Shown here piece by piece: positions 34,832 through 50,124 of a stretch of DNA of 64,000 nt (positions are counted from its first letter, which is position 1; every line of letters starts with the position of its first letter). A model generated the notes under the pieces. The model did no database searches, was not told where the DNA came from, and was given only the letters and a program-made list of their open reading frames with translations. The position numbers and the translations under genes are program-made. Origin of the DNA: Azolla caroliniana (Eukaryota > Plantae > Polypodiophyta); the NCBI GenBank assembly GCA_043228905.1, contig JBHGNT010000002.1, forward strand, positions 1,364,001 to 1,428,000, given 5' to 3'.

Positions 34832-37800
34832 TACATCAAAGTCAATAAAGTACCTCATGTTGCAAACTAATTATTTCAAAGACAAGATTAATATTTTAGT
34901 GATAATGGAAAATTGATGGAAATGTTTTTAAAATTATAATATGCTTAAAACAGATGACTCGATATTACTTTCCGTAGTCTTATCAATGTGTACTTTTTTT
35001 ATGTTGGACACCGGCCCCTTTCAATCACTGGAGGTCCAGTGCTATGGAAGTCAATGGATATAGTCCCAACAAGTTTCTCAATTGTCTTTTAGCTTTATGC
35101 ACAGTTTCTTTTTCGATTGAGCTTCTATTTCGTTCAATAACAATAATTTATTCCCAATCCCTCTTTTGTATTCCTGGTAAATAAAAGATCGAGATGTGCT
35201 CATTCTAGTTATTAGTGTATTTCTTACATCTTTTGTACCAAAGAGAAAGATTCCTTGCATCAAAATAAGATCTAACGATTTCTCGTAAAGCTTTGTCCAC
35301 ATGCTTAATGTACTTTCTTATCAATCAAATTTTCGTGAATTTCCTTTCTCAAATTGTCTTCCTTGCAATACCTTTTATGGCATAGAAAATCATAGAATGT
35401 CTTCAATGTTTATGAATTATACCCTCAACCAAAGAATCCTTGGTAATAATCAAATTAATGGTTTGAGATCCATAGTATCTTCCAATTCTCATGAATTTCC
35501 AATTTGTCCATAGTATCAAATTTTAGACCCAATCTTAGGTCTTGGAATGTAATTCCAAACTAGTTCACTCTCAACTAATGGGAAAAAAATAGGCTTTCGT
35601 AGGGAAACTTTTGGAATTGCTTTGTATACAAAAGACTATAAGTTCCGTACCGTAACTCCGAATTGAGCTAGTCATCCTTGGTATTCGTTATTCCTCTCCC
35701 TAATATATGTACAATGATAGGTCATATGAATAGGGTTTTGATAACATTTACCTAAACCTTTAGCAAACCCCAATGTAGAAGTATATTGATGAAATGGAAT
35801 TTCTTACAAGGCCAAATTCTAAGTCAATGTCTTCTTAATGGTATGATGTATTTAACAGATAATGCTATTCAATATACCTCTTGATATATAATTTGCCTAA
35901 TTATTGCAATCAAGGAATGGTATAGTTTAAACCTTTAAATGTATCAGATAACATGTAATTTACATAAAAGAATTATAACAAATTTGCATCACGAATAAGT
36001 AATATTTTGTCTAAAAGGAAACCTTGGAATATTCTTCTAAGTTTTTGTAAAATATTGCATGTTTATTACCTTCCAAACCAAAAAACAATTTCCCTCACAT
36101 ACAGACTTTTCGAACATACCTCGAGAACTAGAATTGTTAGCCTCCGTTATGAAAGTATACAATGGAACCAAAATATGGCCACTTTCGTAAATCTAGCAAT
36201 GATTACAAATCTAATACACCACATACTTTTGTGTGTATATCTACATACATTAGATAAAACATTCGCAACTCATTTCTATTTATTGGTGACAAAACTTGAT
36301 ATAGTTTGTTAATGTAGCTACATTCTACATATCTTCATCAAGGGCAACTACAATACCATCACTAATAAAATCTATATCCTCTTTGGTGTACTCATCACTT
36401 AGATCCTCTTTGATCTTTGTTTTCTACCAAGAATTATCTTCATCGAGATGGAATCTATCTTCTTTCAAGCCACCTAATGAGCTTCGCATCACCATATATC
36501 TTGATTGACTTACATATGTGTATCAAAATATCTTCTCCTTCAATATTTCCATGTTGGGCGTACAAAGATGGCCTAACTTTGTCAATAAAAAATCATATAT
36601 GCTACTTCATCAAGTTCCAACTCATACTAGAGCGAATATTCTTCTTTGTCTTTTTGGTTGATTTCACATTCAATCATCTCGTGGACATATTGCCTAGTGA
36701 ATACATCAAAGTTATTTTTGATAAGTCGAAATTGCACCTTATTAATTTTTATATGCCCAATGGACAATAACCATCTCTCACATGGCAAAACAAACAATTG
36801 AACTCATCAACAAATGTTAGGGTGCTTGAAGTCATCACCACTAACTAGGATGATGACGATTAATCAAACTTCTATTTCCTAAATGTATCAAAAAGAGCAT
36901 TGATCCCGGAATTCAAGAAAGTAGGGAAGTGGGATCAGAGATAAAGATGTATACCAAACAAACGATAAACATCCATAGGCACTTGGAAAAAAAGCAACTA
37001 ACTTAAGTAAAATAACACTCAAGGATAAGTGGAATCACCAAGGATAAAAATACTTTGACACCAATAACTTAAACTCGCCCTTGACGATATGTGAAGTGAT
37101 ATGGGATAGGACATTTTGGCATTAGTAAAAGCTAGAAAACATCATTTAAGTGAGTGTGCGTGAATAGTATTGGATTTTAAACCCCATGAGTCTCATAGGA
37201 TCTAAAAGTTCATAATGAACATCCTGAAGTATGTTCTAAAATCATAGAAGGCTAAGTAGCAATAGATAAACCCAAAAAAGCTCAAAACAATAATAAAATA
37301 TACTTAGGTAGAAATGAGGTTTATATAATAGACATTAGAGTAATGCACATAGCATCTTTTAAAGTTATTCAAAACGATTCGGAATCCTTTTATTCTAAGA
37401 CAATGATGAGGAAAGATGGATAGATAGATGCCTTTTTAATGTTTATGGAATATCAATTGCGATTTATGAGACATCGTCTAGCTCTGATGAGGATCGAACA
37501 TAGCTTCTCTCAATTTTATGACTTTCGATGCTATAATGTAAAACAACCAGCGAGAGAAATAGTAACCACAAAAAGAGCCACATTAATGGCAACATCCATG
37601 GAGAATACACAAACATCAAGGAGGAAAAATCTTGAACTAGCCAATCACCACTTCATCAACTCTTCTCAACAAAAGTGCAAGCACCAGTTGAGTTTTGTAA
37701 CCAAACAAAAGCTAAACCCTAAACCCTAAACCCTTCAAGACCAACATGGCGAAGGTGACATAAGAAAAGTGGGAAAAGTACTCTTCATTGATGGCAAAAA

Positions 37801-38875
37801 CAATATGCAATGGCAACGGTATATTGTTGAGGCTAGAAGAGGCATGATGAATAAATTCCAAAGCGATGTCAATGTCTAATTTTATCAAGAGAAACTTTTA
37901 GATAATTAGGATAATGACTCTAAATTATATACACTATAGTGAGGATCCTTGGTGCTTATGATGTACAAATACTTGGTGGTGTGTTTGTGTGTGATAAGAT
38001 AGATTTTATTATCATTCTCATATGTCAATATAACTATATAACCAAAAGTAAAACATTTTTACTTTTTCTTTTCTATAAAAAATATCCTCCATTGGTATTA
38101 AAATTAAAGGAACAATATACATAAATTGTCTTGCATCTGTTCAAAACTAATACAACACCTCCTCAACATATCCATAGTCTATGTAGCCTCTCTTTGAGTG
38201 CATTCCATGAGACGATATTTGAAACCATAATTGTGCTAAATGTTTTCTGCACAGTTTCTACATTCCGAGGATATCTCGAAATTAAACTAGACCATTCAAA
38301 AAGACTTCTTGCTTGTCTTATGGCAAAGATTTGTTAAGCTTCAAGCATACTTCTCAATAAGGGCACTTGTTTCTGTGACCTCTGTTTTGCGAGGACATTT
38401 GAACATGGAAGTTGTTCCCTTTCTCTTTCTGTATATCTCCCATGTTGCCACATGCTTTCAACATACCAGAAAATGTCATCATATTAGAGTAAAACATTTT
38501 TACTTACTAATTAGGGAGTTGAGTATGACTTTTGATGCTCAAAACTTTATTGACAAATCTTATAATTGAGAGTGCATAGTCGTGTCATCGGAGAATCTAG
38601 GTAGGGATTGTACTATATTGATAATGTTTGCAAAGAAAATTTGAATGTGCTCGAAGGTGAAATGTTGTATCAAAATGTGTCCATGTCTCATTCCCATATA
38701 ATAGAACAGATATTTTATCGTCCAAGATGTGGCCAAATTTAACCTATGGAATCAAATCAACATATCATCTTATGTGTGACTCTTTCCTAAGAAGGGGAGT
38801 TATTACTTTGTAGTAAGAACTTTCAATGTGAAAATAATACATGCACATATGTGCTCACCTTCTTGGTGGAAATTT

Positions 38876-38893
38876 GAGAGAGAGAGAGAGAGA

Positions 38894-38935
<42 letters not shown>
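38876..38935. repeat. Compound (GA)n(TG)n microsatellite
   Basis: Directly visible. Confidence 0.95.
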
Positions 38936-38936
<1 letters not shown>

Positions 38937-41199
38937 GTGTAGACAATATGACAATGATATGCTCAATTTGTCAACATGATGTTGGCATTGTCTGACAATT
39001 GTCTATGATAGGTGGTATGTTCTTGTTAGTTCCTATCCAAAGGGCGGAACATTTCTTGGCTTGAACACATCAAACAATAGATGAGAACTCAAAAACTAGT
39101 GAAATGGGTTATTTATTAAGGGACAACATTGACCGTCTTATAGTACTTCGGCCATGGGTGAAATGCTCACTTTTCACCCATGGAAAGATGGGCCAATTCT
39201 ACAATGTAGTCATGCATTATCCTATCATTTATAGGCAATCAAATGCATGCTAATTTCTTAAATTTGACGAATATCATGGGTGCAAAAGTTTGTAAAACCT
39301 TGTTCACAATTTAGACGTGTGAAATAAATTGTATGATGTCTCCCAAATGATGGAGGGAACAAATGTGACTTTTTGGTAAAGCTTCCCAAGATAGAAAATA
39401 TGCTTTAGCAAAAGGATACAATGCATCCTAAGCAAGCTCCAATGTTCAAATTCCACATTATGGATGGTAATGAAGCCCACCAAATTTCACAACGCATGCC
39501 TAACAACTGTTGTGAAGCTATTTCTTCTCCTTGTAACAAGCAATACAATTTTGATGAACCAATAATGCTAAAGGTATCGGTACTAGAAGTCTTTTGGCAT
39601 GTGAGAGATAGTAAAATAGATTGCATTAGTTTACTATACTTCATTGTTCTAGCCATGGTGAACTATCCTTGTGTATCGTTTTTATTCTCTTTGTTAACCT
39701 TGTCTTTTATTATTAGCATATCCTTGAACCTTGACCAGCCAACAACATCATTTTCAACCCTTGGGTTCTAGAAAGTGAAAGGTAAATTTATAAAGCCGTA
39801 ATTTTTGTAGAAAATATGAATGGTTTTGTAGTTTACATAGCATTAGACTAGCTCGTTGTTACTTTATACTTGAGCTCACACGCTTAAGATTATAAATCAT
39901 AAAATATTGCCTTTTATTAGACAATGCCATCGTTTTCGACCCTTGGATTGTAAAAAGTGAAAGGTGAAGTTGTAAGATAGAGTTTTTTTGAGAAATTTAT
40001 AAGTTTTTTATGATCAGTATAATTATTTCAAAGTAAAAATACGGATATTTTTACCATCGACACAACAGGCTTTTGACTCTAGCACGCTAGTTATAAAGTA
40101 TATCCTTTGCATACCACTACGAAACTAAATTTGTAGTTGGCATACCACAATTTTGACAAATTGTTTCAACACACAATATCTAGTTGTTATTATGCTCTCA
40201 ATGGCTCCTCGTTGAAACAATGGTAACAATTTTTGCTACGATAGATTTTTCTATTAGAGATCTATTTCTTAGAAAATCATAATTGGTGTATGTATGTATT
40301 CTAGAAACCAAACACAGTTGTCGATCCACTTCCTTTTCTATGATTTTAAAATAAATGATATTTGGACTTGCGCTTCATGAGTTCTGAGGAGCCCATGGAG
40401 TTCACGCTTTGAGCATATATAACAATAGGGTAAGTTTCACTTCCTTTCATTATGAGTTTCTCTTGAGACAACTTGAGTGCATGTTGAAAACGCGGTTGAG
40501 TGATACATGTTTTGGGATGGGATTTGTCATTTAGATATTGCAAAAATGGCTAGATTGTTTATCACTAATATTTGTAATGTCGCTCATTTGTGGTGTTTTG
40601 GGTGTTTCCATATGGTGTCTAGATCTTATGTTATCCACAATCATCGACTTGACTTATGTCATGACTCATACATATTATCTCATATCCATAATTTTTATTG
40701 TCGATATATAATCAATGAAACACACTCAAACAAACTCTACTTGTGAACATTTCGCATAACTATTGTACACTAACTCCTATCATTTCTTCAAGAAAAAGAT
40801 TTAGATACATTGTATAATACTTTTGGAAGGAAATGGTTAGTACAAGTATATTGTTTGGAATGAAGTTACTCCTTAATAGGATAATAATGCATAACAATGT
40901 AAAATCATTGAAACTCTCCATCGTATGATACCTCCATCAAAATTATGATCCATTGTCCTAGCTAAATGATCACAAAACTAACAATTCAACCAAAACAATT
41001 AGGGGTTCTTTTGGCCATGGTATACGTGGAGGAATCTAATTTGACAAACTCATTATTTCTTGATATCATCACAATATTGAGATCTCACTTTTTCGTAAAG
41101 TGACTATGTTTTCATAATGATTGGAAACATAACAAACCCATGATGAAAAAATGTGTTTGATTCACATATATTAATCAAGAATTATAGTTTCCTTATGAA

Positions 41200-42220
41200 C
41201 TTAACAATCCATGTACGATCAATAATGTGAACTACACCATCATTGGTTGACTCAAATATAGATGGAAAATTTCAAGATTTTGAAGGGACCCGATGTATTT
41301 AATATGGTTGATGGTATACTTATGCCTAATTTCTAGGGAATATATTGCAATTTGCCATGGAAAGATAGTGGAGAACTTGTATTGGCAAGATTAATATGGA
41401 GTTATGAACAACATATTGATGAACATGACTCATTTGGTTATTCATTAAATAATAAATTTAGATGTGACTAAATCTAATTGCAAGATACATAACTTCCTAT
41501 TTGACCATGTAAATGATATCATGCATCTATGTGTATGTTGAGCATATACACCACATACTAGGATATCATGTGTGTTTTCACAAGGTCAAAGGTCAATTGT
41601 AAAATCCAATTGAGGCTTCTAATGGGGCTTTGGGATGGGTCATTGTGATCAATCTTGTCTCCTAGAACCTAAAACTTATTCTTATTATGTTCTTTGTCGC
41701 TTATATTTTGCAAGGAGACCTAAATATTGTGATTGAGTCCCTATGATCCAAGCATCTTGGTGATAGAGTGGGATTGTGAACTCTTAAACATACCACTCTC
41801 AAGTTGTGACTCTAATGTTACTTTTTGTTATCTACTCAACTTCAAAAGAGATTGGCCCTTTAGACAACATGGGCTTTGTGTAAACCATCGTTCTAATTTT
41901 TATCAACCGAATGTTAATTGCCTTCTCTAATAATATATTTGTTCCCCTTCAAATGTTTCTCCAGCTTTTTCTAATACGACTTCAATCTGCATTAAGTTGT
42001 TAATTAGTTTCTTGCAATTTAATAATAGCCATTTTCTTGTTTAAAATCTTCCTCGAGTGGAAAGTATGTGCATGTAATGATCAAATTCTTTGTACTAGCA
42101 TCTGCCTTTCAAGCATAATGCATGCAACCATATGTTAACAGAGAGAAACATTGTTTATATGTACGGAAAAAAACAGTACTCAATTGTGAATGTGTCACAT
42201 ACAACATATCGAGTTTTGTG
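41200..42220 (+). pseudogene. Highly decayed hAT-like transposase relic
   Basis: Fragments translate as MVDGILMP (~41305) and HDSFGYSLNNKF (~41424; cf. hAT HAAGYxLNP). Remnants near 42080-42210 resemble SASACERN/RNRL/V.YN of the hAT dimerisation domain. Boundaries approximate. Confidence 0.45.
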
Positions 42221-45200
42221 CATGTGTTGGTTGCATGCAAAGAATCAAACTCCGTGTTTGGTGGCATCTATTCAAATTCCAATTACATATCAATTTTTTA
42301 CTTGGCAGGTGCATTACCCTCAAGATCCATAGGCAATGCCTAGGTTGTGTGTTCTTGTCCATTATCCTAGGTACTGTCAAGGATGTTCTTTTCATGACCA
42401 AATCCTGTAGAGGACGTGCTCGAGACTATGGGGATGTGGACACGCATTATCCGAGCTAATGTCGAGGGTGCATGTCAACTGATACGTAGGATAGGGGCTT
42501 TTCCATGGTGAGCATTGGAGTGTATGAAGTCAATTTAATAAAGGGGGATGGGAACTTACGGGGCGATCTTGAGACTTGAGTTTTATTGGTCCACTACATT
42601 AGATTTTATGTGTATATATATACACACAGATGATGGATTGAATCCATGCAAAGAGGAATCTTCATGAGACTTCATCAATTATGAAAGAAAAGCTTCACAA
42701 ATACCAAGGCATGAATGTGTGTGAAACTATTGAGTTTGATCCCAAATACCAAGGTTTGAGTGTTTTGCTTCTTTTTTCTTCCCAAGGAATAAGGTGGAGT
42801 TCTTAATGCATGGGAGCATGAGCCATTGAAGGAAGTGTCTCTTCTTATGGCATTGGTGGGTTTTCCTTCTTATACTTATTGCATGCATGGCATTGGGCTA
42901 TGCTAGTCTAGGCTAGATTAGGTTAGGTAGTAGCAATGAGGGGTCAAAATGATGGGTTGTAAATAATTGCTTGCATGGCCATGCAAATGAATGGTCTAAG
43001 AACGTGGTGTTCAGAAAAGGAAAACATACACAACACAGGGTATATAGACCTGTCTTCTTATTAAGATTGGAACCTTAGGACTTTAGGGTGTAATGCATGT
43101 ATGCAGACCGACCTTCCTTACGAAGCTCACGAGGCACCGTGCCCAAGGGATAGAGACAAGAGAGAGGCTACAATTGGAATTAGAGCATATTAAACGCCTA
43201 TTTATATAGTTAACCAGGAACCTTTATTTTTATTTTCTTTTCTTTTTCTTTTTCTTTTTCTTTTTCTTTTTCTTTTTCTTTTTCTTTTTCTCTTTGTTTT
43301 TGTTTTTGTTTTCTAAATTTTCTAAATTTTCTAAATTTTATTTTAGTGCTACCTATTACTAGATATACCCATCATTATTAGAAGACATAAATTGTAGGCT
43401 GTTGTTATTACAAATAGCAAGAATCATTGTGGTTCTTGTTTCTCATTGATCTAAATTTCTTACTGTCATTTTTAACAATTAATGAGTCTTTTTTGTTCTT
43501 TGGTGTCTGTGTGTTAATTGTGTGCGTGTGTGCCTCCTGTTTTGTGCCTTTGCTTTTTGGCCCCAATTTAATCAACCCACGTTGCATGGGCAAAGCATGC
43601 ACGTACAAGAAAGAAATTTGAATTTATTTATTTATTTAAATATTTATTAAAAACCCAATCATGTTCAACTCCTACTTTATTTATCCTAGCTACTAGGATC
43701 TCCTCAGCATTTCCAATATTGTTTTTATTTTTTTCTCAAACCTAAATTTACCCAAAAACCAGTCCCCATAAGCTTATCATTATTTATTTAATGGTTTTTT
43801 TCTGCAATCCTTAATTTTAACCAAGTCATTCAATACAAAATGATCATGCATCTGATTATATACACAGACATATGCATGTGTGTACATATATGTACATGAT
43901 TGTCTTTGGGATTTGTACATACATTTTTGCACACCCATGATGATGATCTTCTACACACACACACATGCTTTTTTAAGGTGTACATTTTTGCTTTTCAATG
44001 TACATTCTTGCTTTTTAAGGTACCGTCTCTCTTATTGTCGAGTATCACAAGTTTGATAAAAATGGGTTCAAGTGGACTATGGTTTTCGATATTTGTTCGA
44101 AGAATCGCTTCCACTCGTAAGAAAACACACCAAGTTATGGGTTTATCACGTTGGATTGAGGATGTGGTATGCATGTGAGCCTTTGTTACATATATGCATG
44201 CAATGTGTTCGCGGTCACTCAAGTGGACCTAAACCACTTTCTAAAGAAGGCCTTTTATAGATTTGTGCTATGTCCATAAGCTTATGTGTCATTGTAATGC
44301 AAATTTTGAACCTTTGGTTCTCAAATATTTCAATTTAGAGGTAACCTTGCCTCTTCTCCATTTTTTCTTGAATAATTCATGGTTGTGACGCTAGCTTCCA
44401 TGCAAGCCAATGGTACGTATAATTTTCATGAGTAAATTTGTTCATAAGGGTGAGCTATATTGATTCACACCCTAAGTGTTAGTGAAACTTACACTTTACT
44501 TATACGAATGACCTACCTCCATTGACCTTAATCATGGTCAAGAATCTCGAGTATCATTACAACTTATACCAAACACGGTTGGGGTAAAGCTCTCCATATG
44601 CACATATATCCTTCTAACTTGCTATAGCATAGAAGACAAAGTTTTGATTAATGTGTTTTTTATTCAAACATTAAATGTCAAGCTAATTACATGCTCTTGA
44701 ATTACACCCAAGGTGATTTCGAGACGTAATTGTGTTGTGTATGACCATAACATCGGAATGAGATGTGATTTTTTTAAGTATTTAATAATGGGATAAAAAA
44801 GGTACACTTATATGTTGCTTTGATATACATACTCATTCATCATTGAATTCTATTTTATTTTAGAGACAATACTTTAAAAGACCTAGTTCATCACTTTTGC
44901 GGGAAACAAGATTGTAGAAGTTAGAAGTTAGAACTATATTTTCAATATAATAAGCCACAAGTAAGTACATTTTGTAAGTCTCATGGATGCCTAAATAAAG
45001 TTTAAAAAGTGTACTTATTATATTGTTGTTCAAATTTCTCATTATTATTGTTTTTGTTATGGATTAGCACATCTTGGTAGTTCCGAAGAAGTCTCTTTAG
45101 GCTTGTCCTCTCTTTCCCCCCTTGTTTAAATGTCAATGGTTTCTAGAATGCTCTTGTCCTTACAAGCCAACATTGAGTTTTGAAAACAAACATTGCTCGA

Positions 45201-45879
45201 CCAGTCCAAAATGGCATGTTAATTGTGAGGATTCATCGTTGTGTCCTGGAGACATTTTTCTCTCTCATTTACTCTCTCCATGGTTTTGTCACATTCATTA
45301 GCTTGTTCATATGAAGTTAGAATTTCCTTCTTGTTAAATCTCTCATTCCTCGAAATGCTAGCAAGGATACTAGTTCCCTAAGTTTGTTATATGTTTAACA
45401 TGAGCTCAAATTGACCTTTTTGTTTCTCTATTGTGTTATGTATAAATTGATCGTTAGGCCTTTGTAGGGTCCATATATTGTTCTTTGGAAAATCTCAATA
45501 TCTCCAAGTTCATTGAGGTTCTATCACCATGAGTCCCTTATTACTTAGCTCAAAAAAGAGTGAATCATTTGGCTTTAATGTTGACTTACTTTCTATCACC
45601 ATTAGGCCCTTACCTCACATAAGCCTCACTCGAGTGAGGTCTTTGACCTTGGTGTATTTATAGGAGTTACAAGGATTGTTAAGCGGTCTTCCTTTTTGTA
45701 CTACTAAACCTTCTCTAGATCGTTTAGTTGACATAGGCTACAATGTAATAAGATAATCGTGTCAACATAAAGACAATTTTGAAGAGTAGTCACATCCTTC
45801 TATATCTTTAGTTGTCCTCTTTATAATCTTTCCCTTTTCCAATAAAAATTCATACATCTCCATGCCTAGATATGTGAAG

Positions 45880-46400
45880 AAAATGAGCACCTACGACAAT
45901 GCCCACTCATTCCTAGGAGAGATGTTGATAGGCTTTTTGTTTCCCCCATGGAGATCCATTTAAGTGAAACATTTTTCTTTTTGAATTGTGTATGGGCCAT
46001 TGTCTCAAAATTGCTTATATTGGTGATGGTTTGTATCTAAAAAAGACCTTGGCAATGTATTATGTGAATAATATAGGATACCGAATTCACTAGCAACTCA
46101 ACAAAAATGATTGGCAAAAGAAAACTTTTCTTAAATATATTTGTAGTTTCCTGATGTGTTTGTGATGCACAATCTATCTATTACCAATGGATATTGATGT
46201 TCAAGTTTGTATTGATGAATGTTTCATAAATAAAAATGTACATAGTTGGAATTCAGCTTGAATGCTCTTGGAAAAATCCCAAAAGAGAAGTATGGGATGA
46301 ATTCACCATTACATGCGCAAAAGTGGGTTAACCACAAGATATTGAGGAAATAACAAGAACTTAGGGACATTTGGAGAAGTAAAGAAAACCCCAAGGATAT
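45880..46400 (-). pseudogene. Possible decayed Gypsy integrase fragment
   Basis: Minus-strand GPYTIQK (GPY/F-like) near 45980-46000; otherwise heavily decayed. Confidence 0.3.
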
Positions 46401-49096
46401 TACAAAGTTTTTCCCTAAATTATAATTTCTACTTGTTTACATAATGCACTTAAAATGTTATTTTAAGCCTTCTATCAAACTTAAATACTTTGCATACATT
46501 TTCGATTTGATGTATCACTCTCTAGTTAATCTTAATCTCTTAATGTCTTATCTTGTTGTGTTACAATTATCATACCACAAAGTTGTGCGCCTCATCTCCC
46601 ACCTTTTTCACTTGACTTGATTGACACATCGGTGTACCAAACTAGCGACATAATGTTCCCTACCGATTCAACACAACATGCTACTTTTGCACACACTATA
46701 TACAATAAGCATATTGAACAAAGACACTTTGATGGTCATGTAAAGCATGGGTTGTGTTAAAAAGAGGCAATCTCCTACATGGCCATAACCCTATTTCATT
46801 TTACCAAGTCTAATTTATTGCACTCACCATAGAGTAGTAGATCCTATTTTCCAAATATTGCACTCCTTTATAGTCAATACCACGTTACTAGACCAGCCTA
46901 CAGTAATGAAGTATAACTTCTCTTTAGAGTCGACTTTGATGAAGTGCACATGACTGCCTAATCTTGTCCACTCTACATAATCATGACTTTTTCATTATGG
47001 GCAAAGCTTTATTATAGAGAAATTGAGCACTGGAGTCTCACTTGTTTACAGCTATAGCAATTATTATACTAGGAAATTAAGCAAGAAATTGAGTGACTTG
47101 CTTCTCATTTGTCAGCATTCCCTTTTTAAGGGCAACGTCAATGGTCTAAAGCCATTGATAGAAGTACATTTTTATAAATAAAAAACTAGTGGTACAACCA
47201 CTATTTTAGGAGAAAACTATCAATGTGCATGATTTCCAACTAGAACTATGTTGCAAAGCCATTTTTTTGGAGAAAACTATTAGTATTAGTGTGCATGAAC
47301 TCAAACTAGAATTATGAGGTTTGCTTGAGAATTGAGCCCAAATTTGTAACCTTGCACCAACTACACCATGTTTTTATATTATTTAAAATTCAAATCATCC
47401 AAGACCAATAATGATGTATAAAGGCAATGCTTGCAAAGTATTGCTTTCATCCAATAAGGAGTTAAAATTTCACTTGGAGTCATCTTCAAATAGTGCATGC
47501 AAGGCTAAAATTATCTTGATTGTCTGTGGAGCATTGTCATGTAGGAAATCAAACATTGATGTCTTAGTATCAGGTTATCAAGAAGGCGATATAATTGTAT
47601 GTGGTGACTTTTTAGAGGGCCTAAAGGTTGGTATGTGGTGCATTCAACATGTCAAGACATGTGGTTGTAAGTGTAATAGCTTACACTAGCATTTTAGCTA
47701 TTATAGCCAATGAACTCTCTCTTTCAAAGTTTGTTTATTCTCTATGTGAATATAGATATGTATATTTTGGCCATATGTCAACTTCCATCAAGATTGTCTC
47801 ATGTAAATATAGGGAGGGATTAAGGTTTCATTTCCTTGTCATATTCAATGAAAATTTAAGATCCAAAATTTATGGATAGAGCTCGCTTCCTAGTGGTATA
47901 TATAAGAATATTTGTAGGTTTTTATAGAATCCTCGAGTTAGTGCAATTGAATATTATAACATACGATGAACGTACTAAATGCCTTTCTCATCAAGGCACA
48001 TTTTTACATCCTCTTCCATTGTAATACAATCGAGACTTTTACAAAGTTTCAAGCATACCGTTGTCATTTATTATAGTTTAAAACATAACAATTTCAAGTG
48101 GACCAACTGCGAATCTTACAAACCGTGTCTTCACCTACAACTTCAAAAAATCCATCATATTACTACAAGGTATTGGAATTGGGCTATAGGTCGATATTTT
48201 GCATTAATATTAGCTTATTTATTTCCACAAAACATTTGGACATTGCGCAATAATTAGAGTAGGTGCCCATGATGCTAACACCCTAAGCACATAATATGAA
48301 CTTTTGACAATGCGTAGAAGACTAAAATGTAGAAAATGTCCATCTCTTTCTTGCACATCGTGGCCGGTTAGGGTAATGTCAATGCCTAGGAGCACTAAAC
48401 AAGTTGATATATAATTGTACGGTCACCCAACATATCCAACGTAAGAACTGTACAACATTGTGGGTCTCATTAGGCTTTGAAAATCCCTCTTACTCAAGGT
48501 TGTGATCTTCATTATCTATTTGCACAACTTTTTGTCAATGTCAAATTGGTAGGTCCCCTTCCTAGATGTGATCACATCCATTTCAGATTTGAACCTTAGT
48601 TAAATTTTTGGGGTTTTGCCTCTAACCAATAAGGATACGAGCTTTCTCACACAATTTGAATTTTGTCCCTTTTCTTTAAGCACACTCACACCCAAACGTT
48701 TTTTAAATCACACTTATCGCAAATCACAGAGAGTGGGTCTCCCTATCCAATATTTTAAGCATTAGTACATATACATTTAGACATTGACAAGTGTTAGCCT
48801 ATTTAGCCTTGATAGTGAACTTATAAGAGAAATACCATAACACATGAACCCACATTAGAGTCGAGAGCTCAACGAAAGAAGATCATGCGCCACGGATTGT
48901 CAAGTCACCCCCCCCCCCCCCCCCCCCCCCTTTCTGTCTCTCTTCTAGATTGGGAAACAATGTCAAATGACTAAGAGCGTGCATGAATATAACTTTGTGC
49001 AAAGTGTTCCTCTCTCTTTCTCTCTCAATATTTGACTTACATTGTGCTAACTATTGTAATGTGAGAGACCAGGAGTCTAAGTGTAGTGATGCACAT

Positions 49097-49134
<38 letters not shown>

Positions 49135-50124
49135 CAAGGACCTTAGGTGTGAATCGGACTTTACTTTGTTCAATCCTCTCCCTTCCCCCCCACCCCAACA
49201 CACTCACACACATACACACACACACAAACACACCAAACATAAAGTAGATATTACAAAAAAAACCATTCCATTTTTTTATGTGGTGGTGTTGTTTTGTGTG
49301 GTGTTTTTATCTCACCAACTTGTTCAAACTTCCACTAGCTTCTTCTTCTTCTTCTTCTTCTTCTTCTTCTTCTTCTTCCAAGCTCCTGATGCGTGTTCAT
49401 CCATCAGTCATAGGCATCAACATCGTCATTGTCGTCAACATCGACTTTTGCCTTTTCTTTTGCCTCTTCGAGACAGGTCAAGTGTGATATAATCTGTGTG
49501 TGTGTGTGTGTGTGTGTGTGCATGACAAGTTGTGTGCCACTAGTGCATGATCCTTCCAAAGAACATCTCCCCTCCTGATTGATCCCTTACTCACCCTCGC
49601 CCTCACACACACACACACACACTTGTACACATGACACTCACATTCTCATTCCATTGGGAATTCTTTGGCAAAATTCCTCCACAAGGATAAAGGGCAATGT
49701 GTGTGGAAATAGTGCTATCATTGCTTTTTGCTTTTGCTTTTCTTTTTCTTTTTCTTTTGAGTTCTTTTGTCTCTTCCTTGAGCCAAGGCCAACATGTAAT
49801 TTTATCTCTACACAACCCAAATAGTATAGTAGTAAGTTGTCACAAGTAAAATTTCTTTTACACATATAGTTTGTAGAGAATTCTAGTATTTTGTTTCAAA
49901 AACAGGTTTCATTAACCATTCTAGATAGCCCTACTGGTATAATTTGTTCTGTTTTTCCGAAGGATTTATTGTGTTAATAGTGATTTTTTCTTTTTCTAAT
50001 GCAGGAATAAATCAATCATCCTATATGTATTTATATATAATGCGAAGGCTAAATATTCTTATCGAGTAATTTGTTGTGATTATAAGTACTTATATTTGAT
50101 TCTGAAGTTTTCAGGATTATAATA

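Noticed and set aside
34950-35700. Possible decayed RT or viral fragment
   Set aside because: Only scattered short motifs; cannot be assigned without a search.
37711-37733. Interstitial telomere (CCCTAAA x3)
   Set aside because: Too short; such telo-box runs are common in plant TE and promoter DNA.
48983-49865. ORFs upstream of the bHLH gene
   Set aside because: Composed of microsatellite translations (poly-F, HT repeats).
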